From the NCBI GenBank assembly GCA_034780895.1, contig JAUZTB010000057.1, positions 13,236,267 through 13,300,266 on the forward strand: a stretch of 64,000 nt of DNA, in the 5' to 3' direction. The translations under genes and the position numbers were made by a program. The DNA comes from Rhynchobatus australiae. Taxonomy: Eukaryota. Position 1 is the stretch's first letter; every line of letters starts with the position of its first letter. Below are positions 11,500 to 25,440 of the stretch, piece by piece. Under the pieces are notes generated by a model. That model had not been told where the DNA came from. It worked only from the letters and a program-made list of their open reading frames with translations, and ran no database searches.

Positions 11500-12850
11500 G
11501 AGATCAAGCATGACATTCAGGGTTTGTGTTTCCTGAGGTGACTGGTGAGGCCAATGTGGTTCTTCCACAGCTGAGGCCGGGGTGGGGTGGGTGTGGGAGA
11601 GGGGGTGAGGAGGGTGGGGTTGAGGCGGAGCAGGAGGGAGGGGGTGAAGAAGGTGGATGGGAGTTTGAGTTGGTCCACTCCTCTATCAATTATGCTGGGT
11701 TTCTGCATACTCCTGACACATGGATTCAGGGTTCAGAGTACAATCCTGAATGTCCTTTCTCCTCTTTGAGCAGTCACGGATCAGGGATTGCCAGGAGTCA
11801 GTGGGAACGTTCCTCTTTTTCAAGAAGGCTTTGACCGTGTCTATAAATCTTTTCCTCTCTATGCCCAGTAACCACTTCCCATTACAGAGCTTAGAATAGA
11901 ATGTCTGTTTCTGGAATCCGGTTCCGATATGCAAATGACGTGGCTTGACCAACAGAGCTGAGTGTAATTAAGATCTCAGTACTGTGGATGTTGGCTTGGG
12001 AGGGAACTCTAATGTTGCAGATTTTGCAGAGACCATTGAAGGTACCTTGAAGTACCTGTAGTAGGTAGCTCTTGTCTCAGAAGCACATAGGAAGGCAGGG
12101 ATTACTGCTGCCCAGCAGATCAGGGGTTTTGTGCTAGGTCACAGACCAGAGTCATAGAGTAATACAGCACAGAAACAGGCCCTTTGGCCCAACTTGTTCA
12201 TGCCAACCAAGTTGCTCATCTAAGCAAGTCCCATTGGCCGATGTTTGCCCCATGCCCCTCCACACCTTGCCTATCCATGTACCCATCCGAGTATCTTTTA
12301 AATGTTGTTATTGCAGCTGCCTCAACCACTTCCTTTGGCAGGTCCTTCCATATACGCACCACCCTCCGCATGAAGAAGTTGTGCCTCAGGTCCNNNNNNN
12401 NATCCTTCCCCTATCACCTTAAACCTATGCCCTCTAGTTCTTGATTCCCTTTCCCCGGGAAAAAGGCTGTGTGCATTCAGCCTATCTATGCCCCTCATGA
12501 TTTGATACACCTCGATAGTCATCCTTCCTGTGCTCCAAGCAATAAAGTCATAGTCTGCCTAACCTCTCCCTATAACTCAGGCCCTCAAGTTGTGGCTGCA
12601 TTCTTGTAAAGGTCTGGGGTCTTGAATTTCAAATAATTTTTTCCTCAGTTGATCAAAGGCTGTGTTGGTGCATTGAAGGTGGTAGTGAATTTCATTTTTG
12701 ATACCTCCCTTCGCTGAGAGGTGGCGTCTGAAATATGGGGTGTGATCCATGTTTTCCAGGGACTCAGGTGAACCATTATCATCAGAGGCTGCTGCTGTAT
12801 AGTGAGAGGTAGATTGTCAGGAACTTCGTTCAAAGCACTGGAGCATATGA
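11500..12850 (-). mobile_element. RTE-clade LINE fragment interrupted by a CR1
   Basis: QKQTFYSKLCNGK..G..RKRFIDTVKAFLKKRNVPTDSWQSL..D and HIGLTSHLRKH motifs; RTE sequence resumes at ~12610-12850. Confidence 0.75.
12141..12609 (-). mobile_element. CR1-type LINE 3' end nested in RTE
   Basis: IEVYQIMRGIDRLNAHSLFP...SRTRGHRFKV motif plus CR1 tail; AGGTC occurs at both junctions. Confidence 0.85.
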
Positions 12851-12892
12851 AAGAGAGACACCAGTGAATAGGTTAAAACATTCAGGAAATAA

Positions 12893-13345
12893 GTCAAAAG
12901 TCAAAGACGAGTTTATTGTCAAATGCACAAGTAAGTGTATGTACAGGTGCAATGAAAAACTTGCTTGCAGCTGCATCACAGGCACATAGTATCAGATAAT
13001 TAGCAATCACAAGAAAAAAGACGTAAAGTAAATATAAATTACACAATTTTTACAAGAAACAACATAATTAGAACCAAAAAACAAGTCCATTGTGGTGCAA
13101 AGTGATCAAAGTGGTCATAATGTTGTTATACTGAGGTAGCGATTGGGGTTGTGCAAGTTGGTTCAAGAAGAAAATGATTAAAGGGAAGTAGCTGTTGTTG
13201 AATCTGGGGTGTGGAACTTCAGGCTTCTGTACCTCCTGCCCGATGGTAGCTGCGAGAAGATGGTGTGGCCTGGATGATGGGGATCTTTGATGATAGATGT
13301 TGCCTTCTTGATCCAGTGTCTCATGTAGATTCTACCGATGGTGGT
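12893..13345 (-). mobile_element. Rex1/Babar-like LINE 3' end
   Basis: Reverse-complement homologue of the 59640-60020 tail (AGAAGCCTGAAGT.CCACACC.CCAG.TTCAA.AAC.G.TACTTCCC). Confidence 0.75.
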
Positions 13346-13560
13346 AGATGTAAAATGCCAGAAAATTTCAGCAAGGCAGGCAGTATCTGTGGAGAGAAAA
13401 ATGGGTTAACATTTGAGCTTGATAACCTTTTTATTAGAACGAGGAATGATTTAGAGGAGCAATAAAACTTAAATTGCAGTTTAAGTGGGGGGAAGATGGA
13501 GAGATAAAAGGAAGGTCTGTGACACAGTGGAGGTCAGGGGGGACAACATCACAGTGAAAG
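13346..13560 (-). mobile_element. Decayed Penelope-like pseudo-LTR and adjacent body
   Basis: CAGCAAGGCAGGCAGTATCTGTGGAGAGAAAAATGGGTTAACATTT matches the family in reverse. Confidence 0.6.
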
Positions 13561-13617
13561 AACGGTCAACATGTCAGGAACCTCACTGTTTAGACACCGA
13601 CATTCAAACAGAAGGCG

Positions 13618-13755
13618 TGGAATCATACAGCATGGAAACGGGCCCTTTAGCCCAACTGGTCCATGCCGACCAGGATTCCCATCTTAGATGGATCCATTTG
13701 CCCACATTTGGCCCATATTCTTCTAAACCTTTCCTACCCATGTACCTGTCCAACT
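13618..13755 (-). mobile_element. CR1 3'-tail fragment
   Basis: CATACAGCATGGAAACGGGCCCTTTAGCCCAACTGGTCCATGCCGACC, the same tail as at 4970 and 12150. Confidence 0.8.
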
Positions 13756-14599
13756 GCCACATCAGCAGCTTCCAACTGGAAGTCTGGCATTGGTTAAAGT
13801 TAAATGAAGAGGTGCAGTTAAAGGTGCCCAAACGTTACCCCTGGCCACACAATGAATTCAAATGGCTACATTTTAATGACTAAATTAAACACAAACATTC
13901 AGAATTAATTTTGTTAGCTGCAGTTGACAAGGAGTTCAGCCTGTCACTAAAAGCATCAAGGGAATTCATGCTGAAAAATGATGGTTCTGAGCACTTCTGG
14001 ATTGTAGAAGTTTCATCCCTTTGTTACTGATACTTAGCAGAATTTAGAGAACTTAACACTAAATCTGACACTGGAACAATGTTTTTTTGTTGCATCTCAC
14101 AGGTAATTGCTGAGTTTATACTGATGGTTTATATTGATAAGCTACTGTAATGTCAGATGCTGGACTAGTGCCAGACACCTAAATAATACAACAAAAATTT
14201 ATTAGCTTTCCAAAGTAATATTCCTGCCTGAGTTTCCTGCAGTTAAAAGGTTCTCTTTTCTCAGAAAAAGAGAGGTTTTTGACAAGCATATACTTAATTA
14301 AAGTATCAATCATTTGTCTCGTGCTGTGGAAACCTGTCAGTTGGCAACACAACAGAATGTACAGAAGCCCCTATTGGGCAACAGATTAGATGTGATTATA
14401 TTTCTGAAATCAGAAACAAACTCCTCCCATGAAATAAGTTTGTAAGCAATACCATGGGGAAAAAATTTAACTCTTTATTCAAGTTCTGTGTATTTTTAAC
14501 TGGTTGTGTTCATGCTTGTTTCAATTTACAGTGGTAGAAGTGTCACATACTGTTGCTTTGAAATGCAGATGTTCCTACATTCAGTTGGTGATTGTGAGC

Positions 14600-14738
14600 C
14601 TGTGTGTAACTGTGCATATGGGTTTGTATCTGTGCATGTCTCTGTGTGCACCTGTGAGTTTGTGTGTGTGTGTGCTTGTGTACGTGTGTGTGAGTTGTCG
14701 TGTGTGTGCGTGCGCGTGCATGTGCCCATGCATGTGTA
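14600..14738 (+). repeat. Degenerate (TG)n-rich tract
   Basis: Read directly from sequence. Confidence 0.8.
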
Positions 14739-14854
14739 AGAGGTTCTGCTCTTGAATTCTTTGTTTTTTTTGTTCACTGCACCTGTGTTACTTCAAACTG
14801 GTTGGACCTGATATTTAGCTCAGTGCTGACATTAAAACATTTTTGACATTCATT

Positions 14855-14932
14855 TCAGCAGAATGACAGCTTATCCAAATTAATTAGGACCAGGGGATGT
14901 TTGGATAATTGATTAGTTTCAATAATCAAACA
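14855..14932 (+). mobile_element. Possible Tigger/pogo-like DNA transposon end
   Basis: CAG..GAA..TTATCCAAATTAATT.GGACCAGGGG.TGTTTGGATAATTGA..ATAATCAAA internal-repeat pattern, with no partner end found. Confidence 0.3.
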
Positions 14933-15474
14933 CCAATTAGGAAAACATATATATGAGACATCAGTCTTCACTGTTTTATGCAGTGATGCAGAATATAACT
15001 GATCCATTTAACTGGGGAATTCATTTTGTTGTATCTTTGGTTTTTTTAGTAAATTCTAAGGTGGAAATTTTCAGTTTCTGTGGACTAGTTTACTTCCATC
15101 ATTGTACAATGACAGAGAACCCCTGCTATATCCACCTCACAACAAAGGAATTGAACCCCAAGGAAATAAAATGTATTGAATTAAAACGGAATACCTCTCA
15201 TTCAGTTTAGTTCAGGTCAGGCCATCAACATTCAGTTAAGTGGTATCCCACTGTCTACTTTCATTCTGCCACATTCCACCAGGACAGCTGTATTGAGTAA
15301 TTCCTGTTAGTTTTACTCTCCAGTGAAATGATAATTCCCTGCTTTGACTATTGCACCAATAACTCACTGTAGTGCAGCAGATGTATTATTTCCTTCAGTT
15401 GGTACTGTCTTTAGTGTTAGTGCCATGGGTTATCAAACACCACTGCATGATCTATGGTCTTCTATCTACAATGG

Positions 15475-15479
<5 letters not shown>

Positions 15480-15543
<64 letters not shown>

Positions 15544-15550
15544 TGTGTGT
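15480..15550 (+). repeat. (TG)n microsatellite, ~35 units
   Basis: Read directly from sequence. Confidence 0.97.
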
Positions 15551-15564
15551 AAATATCCCATCTT

Positions 15565-16005
15565 CTAACACCAGCATCCTCTGTCAGACCAACATCCCTA
15601 GCATGAAGCTCTAGTTACACTCAATCAGCCCATTTGTGTGAGCAATATCAGACTCCCAACACAGACCCTTGGTCGCAAGTTCTGTCATGGCTAGAGATTA
15701 CCAGGTGGAGGAAGGAAAAAAAATTCAAGGATCTTCTCAAAGCCTCCATGAGAAAATGCAATGTCCCCATTACTTATGGGGATCCCTAGCCCATGACTGC
15801 TCATTGTAGTGAAGGACATTTTGGGTAGGCACTGAGAACCTCAAGCCCATTGGTTGGAAGCACACAGAAGCCCAGCATAAACGGGGAAAAAGTGCACCAT
15901 TTCCCAAATTCCTGCCCCACATCTTATGGCAGAGCCCACTGGTCCCACATTGCCTTTACAAGCCACCTCGAATCCATGAAACTGGAACAGAATCAAGTCC
16001 CAAGT
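15565..16005 (+). mobile_element. RTE-clade LINE 3' fragment
   Basis: Homologous to the 11500-12100 and 6758-7060 copies (HIAFTSHLESMK at the C-terminus). Confidence 0.7.
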
Positions 16006-16264
16006 ATAAATATCTGCATTGATGCCTTTACTACAAAATGATAGAACAGAAATTTGTGTTGTGTAAACAACTGCCTCTGTTCCAAAAAGGCTATTTGTGG
16101 AGTTCACCAAATAAGGGATGAAAATAACTTGGATGTCTACGGCATCATCACAGTCACATACAGTTATAGTTCTTATTGCCTAATAGGTACAAAATATGCA
16201 TATCTCGATCACCCAAAGGCCTGTATATTAACTCGGTGATTTTGTTTCAGTGCTAATGGCTGAA

Positions 16265-16600
16265 GGTAAATTTACATTTACATAATGTAATTCACATCCT
16301 CAGAACATCTCAAAACAGTTCACACTCAATGAACTATTTCTCATTTAACCGACGTCAGAAGACATTGCAGCCAAAGTGTCGCACAGACAACCAGAGAGTT
16401 GAATAGAAGCACATCTGTTTTCAGGGCTTCAGCTGAGGCATGATTATTGGGTAGGACATTGAGTGAGGGATATGAACAAGCAAGGTGAAGGAAGGCACCA
16501 ACAATATCTCACAGTGTGCAGAACATGTACAAATCCTAGAGTGTGCCTTTATTCCACAACCTTCTGGCTCAGAGTCAACACTTACTCCTGAGCCAAGTTG
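16265..16600 (-). mobile_element. Old Deu-domain SINE (SacSINE1/AmnSINE-like)
   Basis: The reverse strand shows a tRNA-like head (TGGCTCAG..CTCTGAGCCAGAAGGTTGTGG) and a tail ending in ..GTAAATGTAAAT; heavily diverged. Confidence 0.55.
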
Positions 16601-19600
16601 CAAGGTATTTACCCTAATCCCCAATGTGGGATAATCACCCAAGCTACCTTTCAAGGCATTGCTTCTAAAGCAGCTAGTATAGTGACCTAACATTAAACGG
16701 TTTGCCTACCATCCTGAAAGGAACATATTCTTAGAGCAAGGAGTGGGTGGTGAGGAAGGAGCATGGGTAGAACATGAAGACAATGAACAAAAGAACATTC
16801 AATATGGGTATAAAAATGTACAACAACTTAACTCTGACCTCTCATTTAAACATGTACACCCTGACATAAATCCTTATTCAAAATGGACAAAGGTGCAAAA
16901 ATCTGTTTTATGTGGGTAGCGATCCTTTCACTAACAGGGGTGAAGAAAATCTCCTCTTTTGTGTGGTAGCATTAATATATTCTGGACAGGTCCATGTTGA
17001 AAACAAAGCCTGCCTGGAAAAGTGCAGATCTGATAACAATACATTAAAAGTTGCTGAAAATATATATTTGAACCTGAGATCAACCCAAGTTGATGGGATG
17101 GAATGAAGGATACATGGAGGAGATCAAATAACCTTTGCTCAATGAGCTCATCATTATAACTGGCAAATACTTTGAAAACATTAAACTCTCCAGGCAGATT
17201 GGATTTCAGGCATGTACATTGATGGGATGTGGATGCTGTTTGCAAGTCACAACCCCTTAACTAGAATTATTAGAGAAAGAAAATATAAGTTATATAACCA
17301 TGCAGCACTGTAACAGCTTGTCAATAGTGATAATAGGGTGGAGAATTTGGTCAGCTGTGTTAGGGTGGTACCCTGATAAAACCAATACTAAGAAATGAAA
17401 AATTTGATAGCAAAAACCTGAAACAGATACTGCACTTAGGATGAAAACAAAATGGATTGATTTCAGTCCATGGCAAAGACTTTTACATGTCTCAGATTGT
17501 TTCTGTCTCTTGCAAACACAAAACCACAGTTCCTGTACTCTCGTATCCCAGCACATGACTTCAATCATATCTCGTCACTAGCTGCCAAAAATGTACCATC
17601 CAACTTGTACACAATCCGATCACTACCACAGATATGTGTGACTCTTAATCACTCATGGTTCCTATTATGACAACAGCTGCTAATTCCTGCAATAGTAGTT
17701 CAATGACATTTTATATACAATTCAAACTTTGCTTATTTTAACTATGCTTAGAATGACCAAGAACTGCCAAAATAAATACAAATTTTCAGTTTTGCACTCC
17801 TGACAATGAGGTAACTTTTCAAGTTAATTCCTTGCTCAATAGACAAATTATTTTAAGCAATTGCCAGCACAGTAGTGGACTGATTGATCTGCAGTGAATC
17901 TTTTCAGGCTTCACTGAAGTGTCTTACTATTTAGAACTTGTACATAAGAGGTTTATTCTTAGCCTGCTTTTGAGTTTCAACTTACCTTGTTTTAACTTAC
18001 AATGAAAATGAGATCCTATGCAAAGGAGCAATATTATTGTAATTCTTGTTATTCATCGAGGGAGAAAAGATAGCTCTAGTCTCTAAAGAAGTACACTATT
18101 TATTCATCCAAGTGTTCCAAAGCATTAAATGTCCTTTTACTACAACTAGACCATGAGGAAAGTATATATTGCAAATTATTACAGTACTCTTGCCAAGTGT
18201 ACTGGTCTCCGGCCAGTCAAGCAAACCATTTGGGAATCCTGAATCCAACAGGAAATTCCAAGCATTTGCCTTGCCATTTGTTCTGTTTCCATTCCTAGAA
18301 CAAGTATAACAGTGGTTATTAGCTTGACTCATATAAATATTTAGAGGGTATTGAGAAGATTTATAAATATGTAAACTCTATTTTTATTACTACTTCTGAT
18401 AGGTTCAGATAATCAACAATAAGGCAATTGACACTCTAATATATTTTTTACTGCCAATATAAGCAACTCTTGGTTTAAACAGGGCTTTTAGCCAGTGACT
18501 TAATCTTGTGTATCAGATGCTGGAGTCAGGGCAGGAGTCTTGCAGAATGAACCTTTATCCGCTGGTCTGTTGGTATATAGAGGAATGGGTGCAATAGTAA
18601 AATCATCTGTTGTGTTAAATCATGAAGATATAGAATATTAACAGATTTGGTTTGAATTGCTTTATGGAATGTATGATTAATCCGATTGTGATGTTGGGAA
18701 TCTGTGTTTCAATCCTGTTTGAAGTCATTTTCATTGTTGAGCTAAATGTTATTTGACACTTCAGTTTGCTGCTTTATTTCAGTCACCAAATAAGCTCATT
18801 TGTTTAAATTCAATTGGAGTGCGAGAATTCCTTTAGATAGCTAGATGCAAATCTTCATTCCCTGTGTGCTGCCTTGGATCTAGTACTTACAGTGGATTGC
18901 ACTGTTATTACAAGAGACAAGATGAAACATGAATGCAGCAGTAGAGGAAAGCACTTGCTTCAGGGGCAAAGACAATTAACTTTCAGGGGACTGGGGCATG
19001 CCTTAAATCTATGGCAAACAGTATGCAGTGAACTGCCCACACTGACTAACCCCCCACTCCCACCCCTCCCACTACCACCCCCTATCTGTGCATGTATAGC
19101 CAGAGGATGTAAAAAAATAAATACTGTTTGAATAACGGCTGTTGCATACATCAGTGTTTTTCTCATCAGCAGTGTGGTTAACATATCACTAGCAGATGGA
19201 TGACAGCCAAACATCAATGAAAAAGAATTCATGTGGAATTCAAAACTGCATTATGATTTGATAATTATATTTCTGTTGGCATTTACACCACATTATTATA
19301 GCAAATTCATTTTTTTAGTGTTGNNNNNNNNNNNNNNNNNNNNNNNNNNNNNNNNNNNNNNNNNNNNNNNNNNNNNNNNNNNNNNNNNNNNNNNNNNNNN
19401 NNNNNNNNNNNNNNNNNNNNNNNCCACATTATTATAGCAAACTCATTTTTTTAGTGTTGAAACTTCAATGTTGTCGAAGAAATTGGACAACATTTTGAAA
19501 TGTTTGTATATATGTATGATTACGTTTGTATGTAGCTCTCCATGTACGACGATTCATGCTGTAAACTATGTGTACTGAAACCATGAGCACATTTTCCATA

Positions 19601-20483
19601 AACAGGTCTATGGTTTTGCTATACCTGCCCTCCCCTGTACAGATGGAAATTTTCCCAGAGGAAAACAGAAGTTTGTTCTCTTGGCTAAAGACAGCTGGAA
19701 CTTGAGCTATGTGAGTTTTGAAACCTTGTTAAATAATTGGTTCCTCCCCAAGACAGAATAATCACCCATTCTTCGATTGAAGACTGGCAAAGTACATCTC
19801 AAGATAAAATTTCACCAGAGATTTGATAACACCTGTCGAAAAGGTGCTTGAAGCCACAGTGAGCCTGATAAACAATTACTTAAAAACAGGTTTATCTTAG
19901 CTGCCTTTTTGAAAGCTGTCTGTATTTGATGAAATTTTGTTTACAACATCCTTTATATTCATTAAAATACGTTGCACATCTTCCAAAGCTAGTTCTGTTT
20001 TACCATAGGAAGAAAACACAGGTGTGTATATCAGCCATCTGAAATCTCAGGTAGGTTGAAGGAAAAGTTTTATTTTAAAATTGACAGCTTGGTTGTAAAC
20101 ATGGAATAAATCCACACGAGGTTCCTGAGTGGCAGTAAGATGTACACAGCTATAAAAACTCTTGTTTGCGGAAGATACTTAAATACATGCTGTGATTAAT
20201 CACACAGTCATGAAGCTAGCCTTGCTAATCATGTAGCAGTCAGAGGTGCTGTGTAAAAAGAAAGAACAATAAAACAGGTAGTCAAGCAGTGATGCATTTT
20301 CACTGCAAGATTCGTACATTATACTATTACGCTTTGGAGGTGATCAATCAGAGGATACATTTTGAGAAACCACTTTCACCAACAGGTTTTGTAAAAATGC
20401 ATGTCTAGGAATTGGATCATGCCGCACACATTTTACAGGTATAAAGAGGGGTCCAACATGGTAGATGGCATGTGAGCACACAA

Positions 20484-20960
20484 TTAGGAGCAGGAGGAGG
20501 CCACTCTGCTCTTCAAACCTGCTCTGCCATTCAATAAGGTCATGGGTGCCCTGACTGTGNNNNNNNNNNNNNNNNNNNNNNNNNNNNNNNNNNNNNNNNN
20601 NNNNNNNNNNNNNNNNNNNNNNNNNNNNNNNNNNNNNNNNNNNNNNNNNNNNNNNNNNNGTGATCTCAATAGAACATTCATGTCTCCCCCCCTTGCTTAT
20701 AAAGAATTGATTTCCTCCTGCCTTAAAAAAAAATCAAAGATTCTGCTTGCACTGCTTTTTGAGGAAGAGAGTTGCAAAGACTCACAACCCTCTAAAAGAA
20801 GAGAACTTCACCTCATCTCTGTCTTAAATGGGTGAATCTCGAATTGGGGATCACTTGAAAACTGAAGTGATCCCCAATTCTAGATTCTCCCACAAGAGGA
20901 AACATGCTTTCTACATCCACCCTGCAGAGACCCCACAGCATCTTATATGCTTCAACTGAA
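20484..20960 (-). mobile_element. CR1-type LINE 3' fragment (spans a gap)
   Basis: EAYKMLWGLCRVDVESMFPLVGESR motif and the TTAGGAGCAGGAG.AGGCCA tail. Confidence 0.75.
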
Positions 20961-22254
20961 TACACACTGGAAAGATACAGCGTGCAATTTGGAAAAGGCA
21001 TCAGCACAGGTGTCCAAGATCCCTGGCTGAAGAAGGGGTTGCAAACCTGTTTGAGATTTACTTTGTAAAATATATTTGCAACTGTCTACTGTCTGAGGTG
21101 TGTAATCTGTGGTTGGTATTGTTAGGTGCTTGGCGGACAAACTGCTGGTGCTCAAGGGATTGCTTAAGGCTCCCATCCAAAATCTCTAATTATTTGAGTT
21201 TGGAGCCAAGTGGAGTTCCTGGCCAACTCTCATCCTCTTCCTGGTTACCTCCCTTCCCCCGGACTTTCCATACACATCATGGGCAGAGCCCAAGTCAGTG
21301 GTTCCCAACACAAGGAAGCTGTTTCTAGGACCACAGCTGACACCTGCAATTTGACAATAACCAATAAGCAAGGCTGCCAAATAATTTCCACAGCCCTGTT
21401 ACAGGACTCCTTGAGTGTGTCAGGTTCTCTCCTGGATTTAAACAATATCCAAATTCTAAATTACAATATTCAATGCATAATAGCCCATAGATTACCTTCA
21501 TAGTTATATTCTCATGGCACATGGAAGGCATAAATCCATACTTATTTAAAATAGATAATAATATATCTATGTCAAGTCCCCATATTTTAAACCACTATGT
21601 ATCCTGTTGAATTTAGGTACGTCAAATTAGATTCATTTAATCCAAAGTTATGATCATTTTTCTAGTGACTGTGTATCATGATGGAGAACAGCATTAAGAA
21701 AATTACATCAAAAGGAAACTGAAATTTAAAATATTTACTCTCATTATGGTACAGGTGTATAATTTTTAACAAGATTTAGAGACCTGGCTCCTGGAGATGT
21801 TATTGTTTTGAAGAATTACCTTAGCTGGCTAAGGCAAGTTGCTGAACTTGCATGGTGACTGCTGGATGATGTTTGGTGGATAAGCCCAAAGTTGCATGCT
21901 CTAAAAATAGACCAAATGATTCAAAACTATAACATCTAATCTGTCCGGTGCCATGCTTAATCAAAGTGAGACTCATATGCAGTACAACTGTGTTGTGATC
22001 CCTCCAGATCTGTGAACTGGAATTGTGTGTTGGGAAATGGATCACAGGATCAATGAAATATTGCAGGGGCAGGTGAAGGCTGACTTAGGCTGGTTGGACC
22101 TGGTCCAGAAGGATCTTCTTGCAACAGGAGAAATAAGAATATTAATCAAAGACCTCTCTTGTTCGGCTCCATTTTGGTTACCTTTGGCCTTGTGATGTCC
22201 GTGAGATAAATATGAGGGAAGAAGTTTACATCTCAGGTCAATGCTGGTCAAAAA

Positions 22255-23020
22255 CAGTTCATCTCACTTCTCAGCTCATGGCCCAGATCTCTGCAGGTCA
22301 TGGCCCTCCAAATGTTGGTCCATGGTGAGGGTTTCTGCTCCACTACCCCTTCAGATGGTGAGTTCCAAATCTTCACCACACAGTGAGTGAAGAAAGTTAT
22401 CCCCAAATCCTTTGTAATCCATCAATCGTTTACTTTAAATCAATGCTCCATCAGCTATTGACTTATCTGGCAAGGAAAGTTTATCCTACCCACTCACCTC
22501 TTAATAACTTTGTACATCTAGGTTAAACCTCTCATCAGCCTCCAATGTTCAAATGAAAATAATCCCATTTTATCCAATATCTCCACATTACCATTATTAT
22601 CCAGCCCACTGATGAACCTCATCAGCATCCTCTCCGGTACTATTAACTCCTGTATTTGGCTATCAGAGTCCTAATGATATTGTTATATACAGTGTGGTAC
22701 ACAGTTCTAGCATGGCCCCACTGCTGTTATATTCTATGCCTTGGTCAATAAAGGCAGGTACCCTAAATGCCTTTCATTCACCTTGTCTACATGTCCTGCT
22801 ACTTCCAGGTATCTGTGGTCATGCACTCAAAAATCCCTCTGTTCCTCAACACTACTCAACACCCTACCACTTGTTGTGTATTCCCTAGTCTTGTCTACAA
22901 ATACTTAAGTTTACACTTCTCTGGGTTATATTCTATTTCCCACCCACTTAATCAGTCAATTGATATTTTACTGCAGTCTAAAACTTTTTCCTTGCCATCT
23001 ATGACTTTACTAATTCTAGT
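22255..23020 (-). mobile_element. Decayed CR1-type LINE fragment
   Basis: Reverse-strand CR1 3' ORF2 and tail pattern, colinear with the 54374-54900 copy. Confidence 0.65.
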
Positions 23021-24284
23021 TTCCCTTGCATGCAGGAAGAAATAGTCAAAGGATTAACAGACTGATTAACAGTCTGATGGACCATGATATTAAAAAGTCC
23101 TTGTGTGCTCCTATTATCCTAGCACTAATAGTCCTTTAGCAGCTTCTACAGCTCAGACAAAGAATTCATGGTGGGGGCAAAGAAGGCAATCCTACTCCTG
23201 CTTTCACTCATGCCTCCACTAACGAGATGTCAATCCAATACTCCTTGCCAAAGCTGCAATTTCCACTTGCCATAATGGCTTGAATGCTGAACTTCCTGGC
23301 TCAGAAGCAGGAGTGATGTCATTAGTCCAAAGGCTCACTTCTTGCATTCAGTCTGTCATGTGAAGTTGGAAATATGCTTTTAAAGAAAGACCTCGCAGAA
23401 GAAATTTTCACAAACACAGTTACCACACCACTACAGATCAGAACCAAAGAGATCCTTCCCCCACGGTGGTTACTGCGGCTACAGACAGTAAATCAGAAGT
23501 AACTTAGATGAATACACCTCCTTTGGTGTAATACTATCTCTTAAATTGGATGCCACTATTTTTAAATTGATTTTCTTTTGTCTTGGAGCTCCCAGTATAT
23601 ATTTTTGACAGAATTCTTATTTTGAAATATCTTGCAGCCATTGTGGTGAATATACAACAAAATCAAATTTTAAAACAAAACATAAAAAATGAATAATTTT
23701 TGCTACAATTTGATCAATTTTTTTGCATTTTAAATGAATTATAAAATTACGAAACTGGCTGATACATATTTCCTTGTATAGGGATGTGAAGTAAAGGATA
23801 TGCTCAACAATAGCAATTATAGAAATTGGGATATATTGTTTAAGAAAGCATGCCTAGTAGTTGGATTCATATGCACATGTTTTTATGCACACTTTGTGTG
23901 GTAAAACCATTTTCTGTGCATTAGATCATTCAAGTGATCACTTCCTGGCTTATTTGTGACCATAAGGAAATTGGCCTGGNNNNNNNNNNNNNNNNNNNNN
24001 NNNNNNNNNNNNNNNNNNNNNNNNNNNNNNNNNNNNNNNNNNNNNNNNNNNNNNNNNNNNNNNNNNNNNNNNNNNNNNNNNNNNNNNNNNNNNNNNNNNN
24101 NNNNNNNNNNNNNNNNNNNNNNNNNNNNNNNNNNNNNNNNNNNNNNNNNNNNNNNNNNNNNNNNNNNNNNNNNNNNNNNNNNNNNNNNNNNNNNNNNNNN
24201 NNNNNNNNNNNNNNNNNNNNNNNNNNNNNNNNNNNNNNNNNNNNNNNNNNNNNNNNNNNNNNNNNNNNNNNNNNNNNNNNNNNA

Positions 24285-25010
24285 CAGTTTCTCTTTCATA
24301 AAACCATGTGACACTGCTAGATTGTCTTATGATTTTTATATGTGTCATGCTAAAAGGAATCCATCCTTTTTAATTGATTCTAGCATTTTCCCATTGACAA
24401 ATGTTAGGCTAACTGACCTACAGTCTCCCTTCTTTCTTGAATAGTGGCATTACATTTGCAGTTTTTCTCTCCTCTGGGACCTCCCAAGAACCTAGCAAAC
24501 TTTTGCAGATTACAATCAACGCATCCATTATCTCTGCAGCCACTTCCTTTAAAACCCTAGGAGGTACTAATGATGGAAATTGTTTTAAGTTCCTCCCTCC
24601 CTCCAGTCCTTTGATTATCTGTTATTATCGGTTCTTTTTAGTTTCTTCTGTCATGAAGACTGGTCCAAAATAATTATTTAGTATCTTTGTGTCCCAGTCT
24701 TATCCTAGAAGGCCACAATGTTTACATCAGCTAGTCTCTTCATTTTTACATACCTGGAGAAACTCTTACTGCCTTTTTTAATATTATTTCCCATCTCATT
24801 CTCACACTCTATCTTCGCCTTCTTTATAATGTTTCTAGTTATCCTTTGCTTGTTCCTAAATATTTCTTAATCCTCTGATTTACCACCAGTTTTCCAGTAT
24901 TCTTTGCCTTTTCTTTCAATTTGATGCCATAACTTCCTCAGTTAAACATGGGTAGGGTATCCTTCCTGTAGCGCCTTTCTTTATCACCAGAATATACATT
25001 TGCTGAGGTT
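24285..25010 (-). mobile_element. CR1 ORF2 internal fragment(s)
   Basis: The reverse strand encodes D.RSVSLTFVNGKMLESI.K (YRPVSLT..VGK.LE motif) and SHGFMKEK. Confidence 0.7.
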
Positions 25011-25440
25011 AATGAAAGAGAAGTTTAAAGTTCAGATACCAGGTGCCCATTTCCTATTCCAAATGCAGGCCTGACCCTTCTTACTGTTCCCCCTTACTCT
25101 CCTCTATACCACAATTGTAAAAGGACAGACTTGGTTAAAGTGGACCAGGAAAATAGAGTAAGGTGGTAGATTAGCAAGGACATCTTTCATTAACCTCAGC
25201 AAATGTATATTCTGGTGAAAACCGCATAATAGGACACGGAGGGGTAGAGATTCGTATTCAGACAAGTGATCAGTTTTTCAGGGGATGATTTTGGAAACAC
25301 AATTATGTAGTGAGAGAAGGAATGGAGATATAATCAGTTTGTCTAAATGGCATTGGCAGTGAGAGTGGGGTGGGTTAGTGGGAGCAAATGTCAAGAAAAT
25401 TTCTTAAGGGAACCTATCTCGGAACTTTAATACCTTGACC

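Noticed and set aside
19288-19459. 36-bp direct repeat on both sides of a 100-N gap (CRISPR-like or TSD-like look)
   Set aside because: Typical contig-overlap artefact at a fixed-size gap; no array and a eukaryotic context.
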